Notes: generated from the sequence alone by a model not told the origin. 64,000 nt of DNA from an uncultured Clostridia bacterium (GCA_947630765.1 CANRIX010000004.1:15929-79928); one strand, 5' to 3'. Counted from the first letter of the stretch, positions 40,201 through 50,526 are shown. A program made the numbers and translations.

Positions 40201-40770
40201 ATGCACAACACGGCGCTGTTCAGCCTGAATACGCAAAAATACCTGACCCGGTTCGACGAGATCCTCGCGGAAATGGTGCGCGGAATGACGCAGGTCAAAC
40301 CGACGGACAGCATTTCCGAAACCTTCATCCTGCAAATGATCCCGCACCACCGCGCGGCGATCGAAATGTCCGAAAATCTTTTACAATATACGACGCTCAT
40401 TCCGTTGCAGACCATCGCGCAGGGCATCATTCGCGAACAGACCCAAAGTATTTCGGATATGCAGGCTGCCCTGCCGGTCTGCGCCGCCTGCAGGAACGCG
40501 CCGCCGGAGCGTTCGCAGTACAATCAGCGCTTCCGCGCGATCTTCCGCACGATGGTCGACGGAATGCGGAATGCACGCCGAACCAACGACATCGACGCAA
40601 ACTTCATGCGGGAAATGATCCCGCACCACGAAGGCGCGATACGGATGTGCGAGAACGTCCGCCGTTTCCGCATTTGCCCGGAATTGCAGCCGATCACGCA
40701 GGCGATCCTGGTTTCCCAGCGCGCGGGCATTCGGCAAATGGAGGCGCTTTTGCGGCAGATTCGCGGCTGA
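40201..40770 (+). CDS. DUF305 domain protein
   Basis: Two MIPHH..AI.M motifs. Confidence 0.9.
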   Translation: MHNTALFSLNTQKYLTRFDEILAEMVRGMTQVKPTDSISETFILQMIPHHRAAIEMSENLLQYTTLIPLQTIAQGIIREQTQSISDMQAALPVCAACRNAPPERSQYNQRFRAIFRTMVDGMRNARRTNDIDANFMREMIPHHEGAIRMCENVRRFRICPELQPITQAILVSQRAGIRQMEALLRQIRG

Positions 40771-40827
40771 ATGAAAGCAAAAAGGGGCGGCAGGACCTCG
40801 TCTTGCCGCCCTTCAAAGGCTTGTCGT

Positions 40828-42579
40828 TTACGCGTCCTCCCCGAAATCCGGGCGATCCGTGAAGCGAATCGTCGAACATTCGGTGGAATCGCTCTCGAAG
40901 AGCAGAATCTCGTTGTCCCCCTCGCGCAGGAACGGGGCGGGGACGTAGAGCGTGTACTGAGGGCCGGCGTCGGCGTAGTAGCGCCCGATGTTGACGCCGT
41001 TGACCGTCACGAATCCTTTGTGGAATCCCCGCATGGAGAGAAACGTGTCGTTCGGCTTCCCGTCGATGTGCAATACGGCGCGGTGGAACGCGGGGGAATC
41101 GGTCGTGCGGAACGGCTCGAAGGTCAGGCGGGAGAGGTCGTCCATCGGCAGCGCCGTCGTGCGCCAGCCGAACAAGTACTGCCAGTCCGCCCGCACCGAG
41201 CGAAGTCCCTTGCTGTCGAGCGTGTTCGGTCCGTAATTGACGCGCCCGGTGTTTTCGCAGAGGATCGCGAGCCTGCCCGCACGGTCCGCCGGGATCTCCG
41301 GGCAGGAGAGCGTTCGCCCGTGTTCGAGGATCCCGACCCGCTTCCCGTCGAGGTAGACGGAACATCGGTCAGCGACCGGCTCGGGGCAGATCTGCACGCC
41401 GTGCGGAGCTTCCAGTTCGGCTTCGTAGAGCAGGTAGCCGTAATAGCTTTCGGTCTGCTCCATGGTCAGCGGAAGCGGCCCGTCCCATACGCCCGAGCGC
41501 ACTTCGGCGAGGTGTTTCGGGTCGAACAGTTCGGCGGTGCCGAGGAGAGGGACCTCGCCGTAAGCGGTTTTCGGGCTGTCCGTCGCCGTCAGTTCCGGCA
41601 CGGGAACATACTTTTTGAGGACGTCCCGCACGAGGTAGTATTTTTCCGTTCGGTCGCCCGCTTCGTTCAGCAGGGAATCGTAATCGTAGCTGGTTGTGGT
41701 CGGGGCGTAGGCGCCGGGCAGGTCGTTCGCGCCGCTCCAGAACCCGAAGTTGGTCCCGCCGTGGAACATGTAGTAGTTCAGGTGCCCGCCGATCTGCAGG
41801 AAGGTTTCCAATTCGTCCGCGACGTTCTTCGCGCTCCGGCGGTGGTGGCGTTCCCACCAGTGGTCGAACCAGCCGCACCAGTATTCGCCGCAGAGGAACG
41901 GGTCGCCGTACCCGAGCGAATGCAGTTTTTCCCGGTGTCCGACCGGGTCCGAGCCGAAGTTGTCGGCGAGGTACAGGCCCGTCTCCGCCGCGCGAAGCAT
42001 CGCGGGGTCGTCCCCGTCCGATCGGTAGAGTAGGCAGTTCGCGCCGAGCGAGCGGTAGAGCCGTTCGAGTTTGCGCAGGTATGCGCGGTCGTCGCCGTAG
42101 CTGCCGTATTCGTTTTCCACCTGCAGCAGCAGGATATTCCCGCCGTTCGTGCAGAGCCGGGGGACCAGAATGGGGAAGAGATGCTCGAAGAACGCCGTGA
42201 CCTTTTCGAGGTAGGGCTCGTTGTCGCAACGGATCCGCATGCCCGGAACGTTCAACAGCCATGCGGGCAGTCCGCCGCCCTCCCATTCGGCGCAGATGAA
42301 CGGTCCGGGGCGCACGATGGCGTACAGCCCCAGTTCTGCCGCCGTGTCGAGGAACGCGGCGAGGTCTAAAATCCCGTCGAAGCAGAATTGCCCCTCCCGG
42401 GGTTCGTGCGCGTTCCACGCGACGTAGGTCTCCACCGTGTTGAGTCCGCACTCCTTCAGCTTCAGCAGCCGGTCGCGCCAGTATGCGCGCGGGACGCGGA
42501 AGTAATGGATCGCCCCGCTGAGCAGCCGGAACGGCTTTCTGTCGAGTAAAAATTGCCCGTCTTGTATCGTGAACGTCAT
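40828..42579 (-). CDS. Beta-galactosidase, GH35
   Basis: SGAIHYFRVP, RPGPFICAEW, QVENEYG, YYMFHGGTNFG. Confidence 0.95.
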   Translation of the reverse strand: MTFTIQDGQFLLDRKPFRLLSGAIHYFRVPRAYWRDRLLKLKECGLNTVETYVAWNAHEPREGQFCFDGILDLAAFLDTAAELGLYAIVRPGPFICAEWEGGGLPAWLLNVPGMRIRCDNEPYLEKVTAFFEHLFPILVPRLCTNGGNILLLQVENEYGSYGDDRAYLRKLERLYRSLGANCLLYRSDGDDPAMLRAAETGLYLADNFGSDPVGHREKLHSLGYGDPFLCGEYWCGWFDHWWERHHRRSAKNVADELETFLQIGGHLNYYMFHGGTNFGFWSGANDLPGAYAPTTTSYDYDSLLNEAGDRTEKYYLVRDVLKKYVPVPELTATDSPKTAYGEVPLLGTAELFDPKHLAEVRSGVWDGPLPLTMEQTESYYGYLLYEAELEAPHGVQICPEPVADRCSVYLDGKRVGILEHGRTLSCPEIPADRAGRLAILCENTGRVNYGPNTLDSKGLRSVRADWQYLFGWRTTALPMDDLSRLTFEPFRTTDSPAFHRAVLHIDGKPNDTFLSMRGFHKGFVTVNGVNIGRYYADAGPQYTLYVPAPFLREGDNEILLFESDSTECSTIRFTDRPDFGEDA

Positions 42580-42724
42580 CGCGTCAAAGGCTCCTTTTCG
42601 GGTTTTCCGTTTCTGTTTCGGTCAGTATACCAGATTTGCATGAATTTGTCAAGGAAAAGGCGATTATCTGCAAAAATTCAAAAATATGTATCTTAATATA
42701 CACGAAAAACGAGCGTTTTCAGCG

Positions 42725-42833
42725 ACTCTACTGGCAGTAGAGTTCAAAATTGGCCACTCTACCGTCAGTTCCCGGGGGAGTTTCCCCCAGGAACCGGCGG
42801 TAGGTTGCATTTGCGGGAGGGGTCGTGTATACT
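42725..42833 (+). promoter_or_regulatory. Phased palindromic operator-like sites plus sigma-A promoter of degV-hlyIII
   Basis: ACTCTACTG-G-CAGTAGAGT with related sites centred 31 and 63 bp downstream; TTGCAT-17-TATACT at 42805-42833. Confidence 0.55.
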
Positions 42834-42902
42834 GATTTTCGAGGACAGGGTGCGTGCGCCCCGGTCCCGCTCCGTTTCGATTGCCCGCCAAAGGAGGCCC
42901 GT

Positions 42903-43802
42903 ATGACACAGGAGATGCAAAACCTGCCGTTCGCGATTTTTACCGATACCTCTGCCAACCTGCCGACGCCGCTTTTGCGGAAATATCGGATCGGCGTGAT
43001 CCCGTTTTCCTATTCGGTCAACGGAAAAAAACACGTCTGCGTGAATACGGAGACCTTCAAAAGCGCAGCCTACTACGGGGCGATTCGCGCAGGCGCGGAC
43101 GTGATGACGGCGCAGATCAACCCGCAAGCCTACATCGACGCGCTGTCTCCCGCGCTGAGCGCGGGGCTGGACGTGCTGTTCGTCGGAATGTCCTCCGGCA
43201 TCAGCGGGTCCTTCCGCAGTGCGGAGCTTGCGGCGCAGGAATTGCGGGCGATGTTTCCGAGCCGGACGGTCCGGCTGGTGGATACGCTCGGCGCGTCCCT
43301 CGGCGAGGGCATTCCGGCGCTGCGCGCCGCCGGGTACCGCGGGAAAGGGCGTTCCCTCGCGGAAACGGCCGACCTCGTCGAAGCGGACTGCAAACGCATG
43401 TGCCAAATCTTCACGGTCGACGACCTGATGCACCTGCGCCGGGGCGGACGGCTTTCCGGGGTGTCCGCCGTCGTCGGGACCGTCCTCCACATCAAGCCGC
43501 TGCTGAAAGGGAACGAGCAAGGGCAGATCGTGACCTGCGGAAAGGTCCGCGGACGGAAGAACGCCATCGAAGCGCTCGCGCAGCGCTACGATTCGCTGGT
43601 CACGCACCCGGAAATCCAGACGGTCGGCGTCGCCCACGCGGACTGCCCGGAGGACGCCGAAATGCTTTGCGACCTTTTGCGGAAGAACCGCCCGCCGAAG
43701 GAGATCCTGCTGGTGGACTACGAGCCGGTCACCGGGTCCCACGTCGGTCCGGGGGCGCTTGCGCTGTTCTTCCTTGGAAAGCCAGACGTGCGGAGCAAAT
43801 AA
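42903..43802 (+). CDS. DegV family fatty-acid-binding protein
   Basis: IFTDTSANL, SSGISGS, VDTLGASLGEG, GSHVGPG. Confidence 0.93.
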   Translation: MTQEMQNLPFAIFTDTSANLPTPLLRKYRIGVIPFSYSVNGKKHVCVNTETFKSAAYYGAIRAGADVMTAQINPQAYIDALSPALSAGLDVLFVGMSSGISGSFRSAELAAQELRAMFPSRTVRLVDTLGASLGEGIPALRAAGYRGKGRSLAETADLVEADCKRMCQIFTVDDLMHLRRGGRLSGVSAVVGTVLHIKPLLKGNEQGQIVTCGKVRGRKNAIEALAQRYDSLVTHPEIQTVGVAHADCPEDAEMLCDLLRKNRPPKEILLVDYEPVTGSHVGPGALALFFLGKPDVRSK

Positions 43803-43823
43803 TTGATTGGAACAGGAGTTTTT

Positions 43824-44495
43824 ATGACAAGGACACGTCTTTCCGAACGGAAGCTGCCGTTCTATACGCACGGCGAAGAAGTTTTCAATACCGTTTCCCA
43901 CATTGTCGGCGGCGCTTTTGGGGTGCTCGCACTGGTGCTGTGCGTAGTGTTTTCCGCGTTGCGGCGGGACGCGTGGTCAGTCGTCAGCGGCGCGGTCTAC
44001 GGCGGGTCGATGGTCCTGCTGTACACGATGTCGAGCGTCTACCACGGGCTTCGCTCTTCCACGGCGAAGAAGGTCCTGCAGGTGCTTGATCACTGCACGA
44101 TCTACGGGCTGATCGCCGGGACGTACACGCCGGTCGTGCTGTGCGCGATCCGCCCGGTTTCTCCCGGCTGGGGCTGGGGGCTGTTCGGTGTGGTTTGGGG
44201 GCTTGCGGTCGTCGCGACGGTCTTTACGGCGATCGACCTGAAAAAGTACGCGGTTTTCTCGATGATCTGCTACCTCGGAATGGGCTGGTGCATCATTTTC
44301 GCCGCGAAGCCGACGTTCGCGTCGGTGCCCTTGCCGGGGCTCGTTCTTTTGCTCGCGGGCGGGATCGCATACACGATCGGGGCGATCCTGTTCGGTCTTG
44401 GGCGGAAACATCGGTATATGCACTCGGTTTTTCACCTGTTCGTGGTCGCCGGCAGTATCCTGCATTTCCTTGCCATTCTGTTCTATGTGCTTTGA
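43824..44495 (+). CDS. Hemolysin III / PAQR family membrane protein
   Basis: EEVFNTVSH, SSVYH, LDHCTIY..IAGTYTP, HSVFHLFV. Confidence 0.93.
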   Translation: MTRTRLSERKLPFYTHGEEVFNTVSHIVGGAFGVLALVLCVVFSALRRDAWSVVSGAVYGGSMVLLYTMSSVYHGLRSSTAKKVLQVLDHCTIYGLIAGTYTPVVLCAIRPVSPGWGWGLFGVVWGLAVVATVFTAIDLKKYAVFSMICYLGMGWCIIFAAKPTFASVPLPGLVLLLAGGIAYTIGAILFGLGRKHRYMHSVFHLFVVAGSILHFLAILFYVL

Positions 44496-44660
44496 GTAAA
44501 AGACGCTTTCCGTTCATTCTCAAGGTGGTTTCGGGGCGTTTGTCGCGCTGTGACCGCTTTTGAAAGTATATTGATCCGTAGGTTTTGCGGATAAAACAGA
44601 CCGTTGACGATTTCACCGGGGAACCGGCGGGTCAACGGTCTTTCTTTCGGCGTCAGGAAG

Positions 44661-44861
44661 CTATTCTTTCGGATTCTTCAGAAACGCAAACAGGATCTGT
44701 ACGATGCCTACGGCGATCAGAACAATTGCAAGAATAAACACAAACAGAAACGACGGGTCATAATAGGAATCTTTCAAACCATAAATGAATACATCGAAAC
44801 AGATCAGTAAAATTCCAATCGTTGCTTCCATACTACCCACGAGATAAAGTGCTTTTCTCAT
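44661..44861 (-). CDS. Small 2-TM hypothetical protein
   Basis: 66 aa hydrophobic; overlaps the stop of the upstream gene. Confidence 0.6.
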   Translation of the reverse strand: MRKALYLVGSMEATIGILLICFDVFIYGLKDSYYDPSFLFVFILAIVLIAVGIVQILFAFLKNPKE

Positions 44862-45781
44862 TTTAGATTGATATACACCTCCAAAGCCTCGACTTCCTCG
44901 GCATTCGTGCGAGAGAGTTGCGCGGAGATATAATAATCACCTTCTGCATCGATAATAAGCGTTGTGTTATTGATTATCCATGTTTTTGAGAATGTTGCTT
45001 CAAGTTTGGAAATAGCGTCAGCTATTGCTTCTTTTTCAATTTGATTTTCCGCAAGAGAATACATTCCAAGATACTTTGCATTTACGCCGACAACTTCGCC
45101 ATTCCTATTTACGCTGATTTGAATTGCGTCATTCGTCGGGGTCCCCCAAACATATTTTCGATATACCACCGTGTATTGTACGGCTGGTTCCGTATCCGTG
45201 TATATCGTTTGTTCGTATGTGTACGCTTGTTGCACTGTTTCCCCGTATAAATACCGAATTGTCGCCTCTGCAATGCTTTTGGCTTCGGATTCAGTCAAAT
45301 CTCCGGGTGCTTGTAAATCGTTTTCATCAAGATCGGCGAAAAACAAAAGCTCATTTGTGGATACTCTTGTATCTGCTTGAATCGTGTCATTTTTATAGGC
45401 GTTAAATTGGCTATAGTCTTTAAGTGCATTTGAAGAGGACAATGCTGTTTCATAGGTCCCGCTGTATTGCAACGAATACGTTTTACCGTTTAATTCGAGC
45501 GTTTTTTGCTTATCCACGTTGCTTGGTTTGCCGATTTCGGTCTTGCCCGAAAAGGAGAACACTTTTGTTTCCGCATCTTTGAATGTAATGTCAGTTGAAT
45601 CCTGTTCAACTTTAATCATTTCTCCAGTAGCAGGATAACAATAAATGACATAATCTTTAGGTTCAACCGGCAGATCGTTCTTCGTATCGACTCCCAAATC
45701 AGATGTGTTCGTACAAGATGTCATAACGGTTGCAAACAGTATACAACCAATGATCGTAAATATTTTCTTCAATTTAATCAC
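44858..45781 (-). CDS. Hypothetical lipoprotein
   Basis: Lipobox MTSC; AT-rich. Confidence 0.75.
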   Translation of the reverse strand: MIKLKKIFTIIGCILFATVMTSCTNTSDLGVDTKNDLPVEPKDYVIYCYPATGEMIKVEQDSTDITFKDAETKVFSFSGKTEIGKPSNVDKQKTLELNGKTYSLQYSGTYETALSSSNALKDYSQFNAYKNDTIQADTRVSTNELLFFADLDENDLQAPGDLTESEAKSIAEATIRYLYGETVQQAYTYEQTIYTDTEPAVQYTVVYRKYVWGTPTNDAIQISVNRNGEVVGVNAKYLGMYSLAENQIEKEAIADAISKLEATFSKTWIINNTTLIIDAEGDYYISAQLSRTNAEEVEALEVYINLK

Positions 45782-45886
45782 TCCGCTTTCGTTCCTATCA
45801 AGATATTGAATTCTATCGCTGCAATTTTTGAGCCCTTGAAGTATAAGTACGGGTGTATTACCGAAGAGAATCCATAAAATGTGTTT

Positions 45887-47065
45887 TTATCCTTCGACAG
45901 GGAAAAGAACGTATCCATCGAGAGCGAATCGTTTCACGTCCTCGAACGCATATTCGGGGATCGGATTCGATTCCCCTTTTGCATACCGAAAACGCGGAAA
46001 GCGGGTCGCGCTCGACAATTCTACGCCTTCGTCGTAGTAAAAGACATACCTGAAATCAGCGTCAAAGTACAACGCATACATATCACCTTCCCGGAACATA
46101 TCACCTTCCCGGACATAGGTTCCTTCCGCCACGGCATTGCCGGAATCCATTAACGAACACGTTCCATTTGTCGTATCCAGTTTGAAATAAGGGGAAATTT
46201 GATAAATGTCCTCAATGTCCCCCGTCGGGAACACGGTCGTTGTAGACTGGGTTTTATTGGACGAAAATTCAATTGCAATGTCGCCGCGCGTATCTGCAAC
46301 CCTGAACAGATCCGTAAATCTTTCCCGATCCGTGAAATCCGCGCCGCCGCCCATAATGAAGAGGAAATAGTCTCTATCCGTATCGGAAGAATACCCGGGG
46401 ATATAGAAAACGTACTCGGGATACATACTGTTGTACGAAACGGGGTCTCTGCCGACAGAGAGGATCGCTTCTGCAGCGGTGAAGAAAGCCTTTGGTGAGG
46501 ACAACGCCTTCAAACGGTACAGAATAATCGTATGAATATCCTTTTCGATCCGATTCCGGTCAAGAGAGGTCCGCCCCGCAAGAGCCGACACCTCGGAACC
46601 TTCCAAAACCGGGAAGCGTTCCGCCGCTTGCGGCGCAGACGAGCCGGGGTCGAACGCGCCGAGGATCACCGTATCGTATGCCTGATAGAGGCGGATGGAA
46701 TCCTGAATGACAAAGAATACCTCTTCGGTCGTCAAGGAACGGATGACCTCTTTTTCATAATTGCTCTGCCAATACTGGTCGAGATATTCTTCAGAGATCA
46801 CCGTAACGGTTTTTCCGTCCTCGCTGACGTCATACATGGCGCCGAATTTTTCCTGCAATTCCGATTGCGGCGTAGGCGAGCCGTCGTCTACAAGAATACT
46901 GCTGTCCGTGCTGAACAGACTTCCCATGCTGATCTGACTTCCCATGTCATATGCTTTCGCATCCCCGTTTTCGGTTGCAATGACGTGCATACAGCCGACA
47001 AGAATGATCGAGGATGCAAGAAGAAGCGCCGAGACAATGCCGAAAAACTTAAAATTACTTTTCAT
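45887..47065 (-). CDS. Hypothetical lipoprotein
   Basis: Lipobox LVGC; GAGG RBS. Confidence 0.75.
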   Translation of the reverse strand: MKSNFKFFGIVSALLLASSIILVGCMHVIATENGDAKAYDMGSQISMGSLFSTDSSILVDDGSPTPQSELQEKFGAMYDVSEDGKTVTVISEEYLDQYWQSNYEKEVIRSLTTEEVFFVIQDSIRLYQAYDTVILGAFDPGSSAPQAAERFPVLEGSEVSALAGRTSLDRNRIEKDIHTIILYRLKALSSPKAFFTAAEAILSVGRDPVSYNSMYPEYVFYIPGYSSDTDRDYFLFIMGGGADFTDRERFTDLFRVADTRGDIAIEFSSNKTQSTTTVFPTGDIEDIYQISPYFKLDTTNGTCSLMDSGNAVAEGTYVREGDMFREGDMYALYFDADFRYVFYYDEGVELSSATRFPRFRYAKGESNPIPEYAFEDVKRFALDGYVLFPVEG

Positions 47066-47130
47066 ACCTCATACCTTCCTTCAATAATTTACTTGGGGGA
47101 TATCTCAACCCGCGTATTTATTATATCGAA

Positions 47131-47174
47131 AGTATATCACCGACTTATCGCCAAGTTATTGCCGACTTGTAAAA
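47131..47174 (-). promoter_or_regulatory. Response-regulator-type 11-bp direct repeats + extended -10 (site 1)
   Basis: Reverse complement TTTTACAAGTC GGCAATAACTT GGCGATAAGTC GGTGA TATACT. Confidence 0.65.
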
Positions 47175-48538
47175 GTCACGATTATTTTTGTCCCCTGACC
47201 GATTTTCGATTCGAACTTCATTTCGGCCTTGTGCGTAAGAACAATTTGTTTACACAACGCAAGCCCTAAGCCTGCGCCGCCCTCTGCACGGGAACGGGAC
47301 TTATCTGTACGGTAAAATGGCTCGGTTATGTGCAAGAGCTGTTCTTCGGTCATCCCTTTCCCGGTATCCTCGATGATTGCCTGACCGCCTGAACAGGACA
47401 TTTTCACCTTGCCGCCCGCAGAGCACGCCTTGATTGCGTTTTCCGTCAGATTATAGAACAGCATGGACAGCAGGGTATCATTGCCTTTGACGGTCATAGG
47501 GGTGACGTTGACGGTAATCGTAACCCCCGCATTATCGGCCCGCATTTGTAGCTTTTCCGCAACGTCAGAAAGGACGACGCCGATGTCGAGATCGGTCATC
47601 GCGATTTTGTTTTCGCGGATAAACGCACCGTCGAGCAGAATTTCGGATATCTTTTGCAGACGTTCGGATTCGGACAGAATATACTTTGCCGATATCAATC
47701 TTCGTTCCTCGGTCGTATTGGCTTTTTCCAGATATTCCGCGTATCCGTGAATACTCGTCAGCGGCGTGCGCAGTTCATGCGCCATGTTGTCCACGAGCAT
47801 CTGCTTCCGCTCGGCTTCGAGCATCTTCGCTTCCGCTTCCCGTTCCAGCGCTTCCATCTGCTCGTTGATCTTATCCAGCATCAAATTGAAGCTTTTCGCG
47901 ACGCGTGTGAATTCGTCGTTTCCCTGTTCCTTGACCCGTGCGGAAAAATCGCCGGTCTCTATTTTTTCGGTGGTTTTACGAAGCGTTTCCAGCGGGCCGG
48001 AAAGTTTTTTCAATACGAAATACAGCACGACGGCGAGAACCAAGGAAACCCCGCCGGCCGTGACCGAATAAACGGTCATAAGGGACCGAAATTCCGTGTC
48101 AAGAGATTCGACATTTTTTGCAAGGATCAGTTCATACGCCCCATCGCAGATCATAGCCGAAATCAGAATGTGCCTTTTCCCGTCGAAATCCGTGTGGACC
48201 ATGGTTCCGCTTTCAACGGAATACGGATTTTTGAAATTCGAATACAATTCTTCGCCGTCTTCCCGAAAGGCGATGAATAATCCCTTGTCGCCGTAATAAG
48301 CGCCATATGACTGCATCAGGAAAGAAGGACTCGCCTTTGCACTTGCTTCCAGTAATGCGTCATAGTCGCGCTCAAACGACATTGCGACGTAGTACTGTTC
48401 CGCGGCAACGGCCGTTTCGGTGGCTTCAACGTTTTCCCGATAGGTGTAAACCGTGAGGGAAAGAATGCCGACATTCAAGCAGACCAGAAACAACGCAAGG
48501 GTAAATAGGTATGTTTTTTGCCAAAATCTCATTTTCAT
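47156..48538 (-). CDS. HAMP-domain sensor histidine kinase
   Basis: AHELRTPL, NLTENAIK, DTGKGM, GAGLGL. Confidence 0.95.
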   Translation of the reverse strand: MKMRFWQKTYLFTLALFLVCLNVGILSLTVYTYRENVEATETAVAAEQYYVAMSFERDYDALLEASAKASPSFLMQSYGAYYGDKGLFIAFREDGEELYSNFKNPYSVESGTMVHTDFDGKRHILISAMICDGAYELILAKNVESLDTEFRSLMTVYSVTAGGVSLVLAVVLYFVLKKLSGPLETLRKTTEKIETGDFSARVKEQGNDEFTRVAKSFNLMLDKINEQMEALEREAEAKMLEAERKQMLVDNMAHELRTPLTSIHGYAEYLEKANTTEERRLISAKYILSESERLQKISEILLDGAFIRENKIAMTDLDIGVVLSDVAEKLQMRADNAGVTITVNVTPMTVKGNDTLLSMLFYNLTENAIKACSAGGKVKMSCSGGQAIIEDTGKGMTEEQLLHITEPFYRTDKSRSRAEGGAGLGLALCKQIVLTHKAEMKFESKIGQGTKIIVTFTSRQ

Positions 48539-49191
48539 ATCTCAAACCGATATCCCGTTTTATACACCGTTTGGATTCGATCCGATATGCCCAATTTCTG
48601 GCGGATCCTTTGGATATGAACGTCAACGGTGCGGGAATCCCCTTCGTAGTCAAAGTCCCAAACAAGTTTCAACAGCTTCTCGCGGGAGAGCGCAAGGTTG
48701 CGATTGTTGATCAGCGCTTCGAGCAGATCGAATTCCTTTGGTTTCAATTCCACCTCAACGCCGGACTTGAATACCCTCCGATTGTCAAACTCGATTCGGA
48801 TATCATCAAACGCGAAGGTTTTTGCATCCGCTTTCGTCCTGCGAAGCACGGCTTTCACCCGCTCAACGAGTTCGAGAATATCAAACGGCTTGGTAATATA
48901 GTCGTCGGCGCCCAAACGAAGCCCTTTGATTTTGTCCTCTGAAGCGGATTTTGCCGTAACGAAAATGACCGGCGTGTCCTCGATGGATTCCATGATCTCA
49001 AAGCCGGAATACTTGGGCAGCATCACGTCCAGTATGATCAGATCATATTTCGACTTTAACGCCTCTTCAAGGCCGGTTTCGCCGTCAAATACTTGGTAAC
49101 AATCGTGTCCGACCAATTCAAGATTGAATTTTACAAGGTCGTTGATCGCTTTTTCGTCCTCGACGATCAGTATTTTTGCCACGTTTTTCAC
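48535..49191 (-). CDS. OmpR-family response regulator
   Basis: ILIVEDE, LDVMLP, GADDYITKPF, RTVDVHIQRIR. Confidence 0.96.
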   Translation of the reverse strand: MKNVAKILIVEDEKAINDLVKFNLELVGHDCYQVFDGETGLEEALKSKYDLIILDVMLPKYSGFEIMESIEDTPVIFVTAKSASEDKIKGLRLGADDYITKPFDILELVERVKAVLRRTKADAKTFAFDDIRIEFDNRRVFKSGVEVELKPKEFDLLEALINNRNLALSREKLLKLVWDFDYEGDSRTVDVHIQRIRQKLGISDRIQTVYKTGYRFEI

Positions 49192-49235
49192 CTCCGCGTT
49201 GCCGATTGAGGGTGTAATTTTTCTATTTTATGGAT

Positions 49236-49268
49236 AGTATAGCACGGACTTGTTTCCAACTTGTTGCC
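49236..49268 (-). promoter_or_regulatory. Response-regulator-type 11-bp direct repeats + extended -10 (site 2, autoregulatory position)
   Basis: Reverse complement GGCAACAAGTT GGAAACAAGTC CGTGC TATACT. Confidence 0.7.
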
Positions 49269-49319
49269 GGAATAGCAAAAATCCCACACTTTTTTCTGTG
49301 CGGGATTTTTGTCAACGAT

Positions 49320-49835
49320 TTACTTGGGGGCAAGGATGACATGATACCAATCGTCGTTGATCTTTTTAACCCGGATCTCTTCTTGTTCATCCGGCGAGTT
49401 TAGCCATGTCGGCTTCTCATTCGGCGAATAAACAAGTGCGTATCTGGCATTTTCTATATGGAACGAAACCCTATTTCCTTGTATTTGGATAATATACAAG
49501 CCGGAGTCTTTATCCGGAAAACCGTGATCACAGATAGCTTCAAGCGAAGAGCTCACATTGTCAGGAATATCCACATACGCATTCGCGTCGGGGTCGTATA
49601 ATGTCTGACCGTCCGTGTCGGTACGGGAAACAAAAAACCATTTTCCGCCTTCGGACGCAAAATTTTTTTCGACATATTCTCTGACAACACAAAAGTCAGA
49701 TTCGAAAGTTTCAAAATCCGCATTGAATTTCCACGTCTCGACATAGCTAAAATACAGCCACGAAAAAATTTGTAATGCGATGAAAAGAAGAATGAAAGAT
49801 AATACAAATAGGATTGTTGCAGTTCCCTTTTTCAT
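49320..49835 (-). CDS. Hypothetical membrane-anchored protein
   Basis: N-terminal TM; coupled to the upstream gene. Confidence 0.7.
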   Translation of the reverse strand: MKKGTATILFVLSFILLFIALQIFSWLYFSYVETWKFNADFETFESDFCVVREYVEKNFASEGGKWFFVSRTDTDGQTLYDPDANAYVDIPDNVSSSLEAICDHGFPDKDSGLYIIQIQGNRVSFHIENARYALVYSPNEKPTWLNSPDEQEEIRVKKINDDWYHVILAPK

Positions 49836-50320
49836 CCTTGCGCACTATCCTCTCGGCTTGTTTTCGTTATCTTAGAAAGCAATCTGTAGGAAATGCTCTG
49901 CCCGTTTTTTCTTGAGAAGGATAGGGACATGACAAGTCCGAACACAAACAGACCTACGAGAAACAGCCAACCCATGCCACCGTCATCGCCTAAGTCATTG
50001 TTAACCATGCGGAATGCAGATCTGAGACCATCGGAGCGTTTCATTTGATTAAAAATCATTCCAACGTACAGGAAAAGCGGAATTTCAGCGGCGGCAATGG
50101 GGTCCACATACCACCGAAACAAGCTAAACCGCATAAGGACAGCGACAAGCACGGGCGTCATAACGAAAAGCACGCCATACGTCACCGCTATCACGGCGCC
50201 AAGGTTATCGGCTTCCCCTGTCAAATCCAGTATCAAAGATGCCGCATAGAAGAATGCCATATAAACAACTATGGTCAGTATGTAATATAGAAAGTGAAAA
50301 ATGACGTGCTTCTTTTTCAT
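49832..50320 (-). CDS. Hypothetical 4-TM membrane protein
   Basis: Hydrophobic ORF with GGAAAGG RBS. Confidence 0.75.
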   Translation of the reverse strand: MKKKHVIFHFLYYILTIVVYMAFFYAASLILDLTGEADNLGAVIAVTYGVLFVMTPVLVAVLMRFSLFRWYVDPIAAAEIPLFLYVGMIFNQMKRSDGLRSAFRMVNNDLGDDGGMGWLFLVGLFVFGLVMSLSFSRKNGQSISYRLLSKITKTSREDSAQG

Positions 50321-50405
50321 GGAATTGCACCTTTCCTATCAATCATTTTCTCATAAATTGCTCGTTTCCTCAATGGACTGACATATTCTTCATCCTTCGT
50401 GCACG

Positions 50406-50438
50406 ATTGTATCACGCATTTGTTGCCAACTTGTATCC
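50406..50438 (-). promoter_or_regulatory. Response-regulator-type 11-bp direct repeats + extended -10 (site 3)
   Basis: Reverse complement GGATACAAGTT GGCAACAAATG CGTGA TACAAT. Confidence 0.7.
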
Positions 50439-50526
50439 GTGCATACGCAATTTTTGAAATTTTCGGCAGAAAAAACTATTTTTTTTCGAAGGAAGCTACG
50501 GACCGAAATTTTTTTGCGATTTCCCC

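Noticed and set aside
46078-46117. 18-bp duplication (REGDMF/REGDMY) in a lipoprotein
   Set aside because: Simple in-frame slippage duplication; no wider pattern
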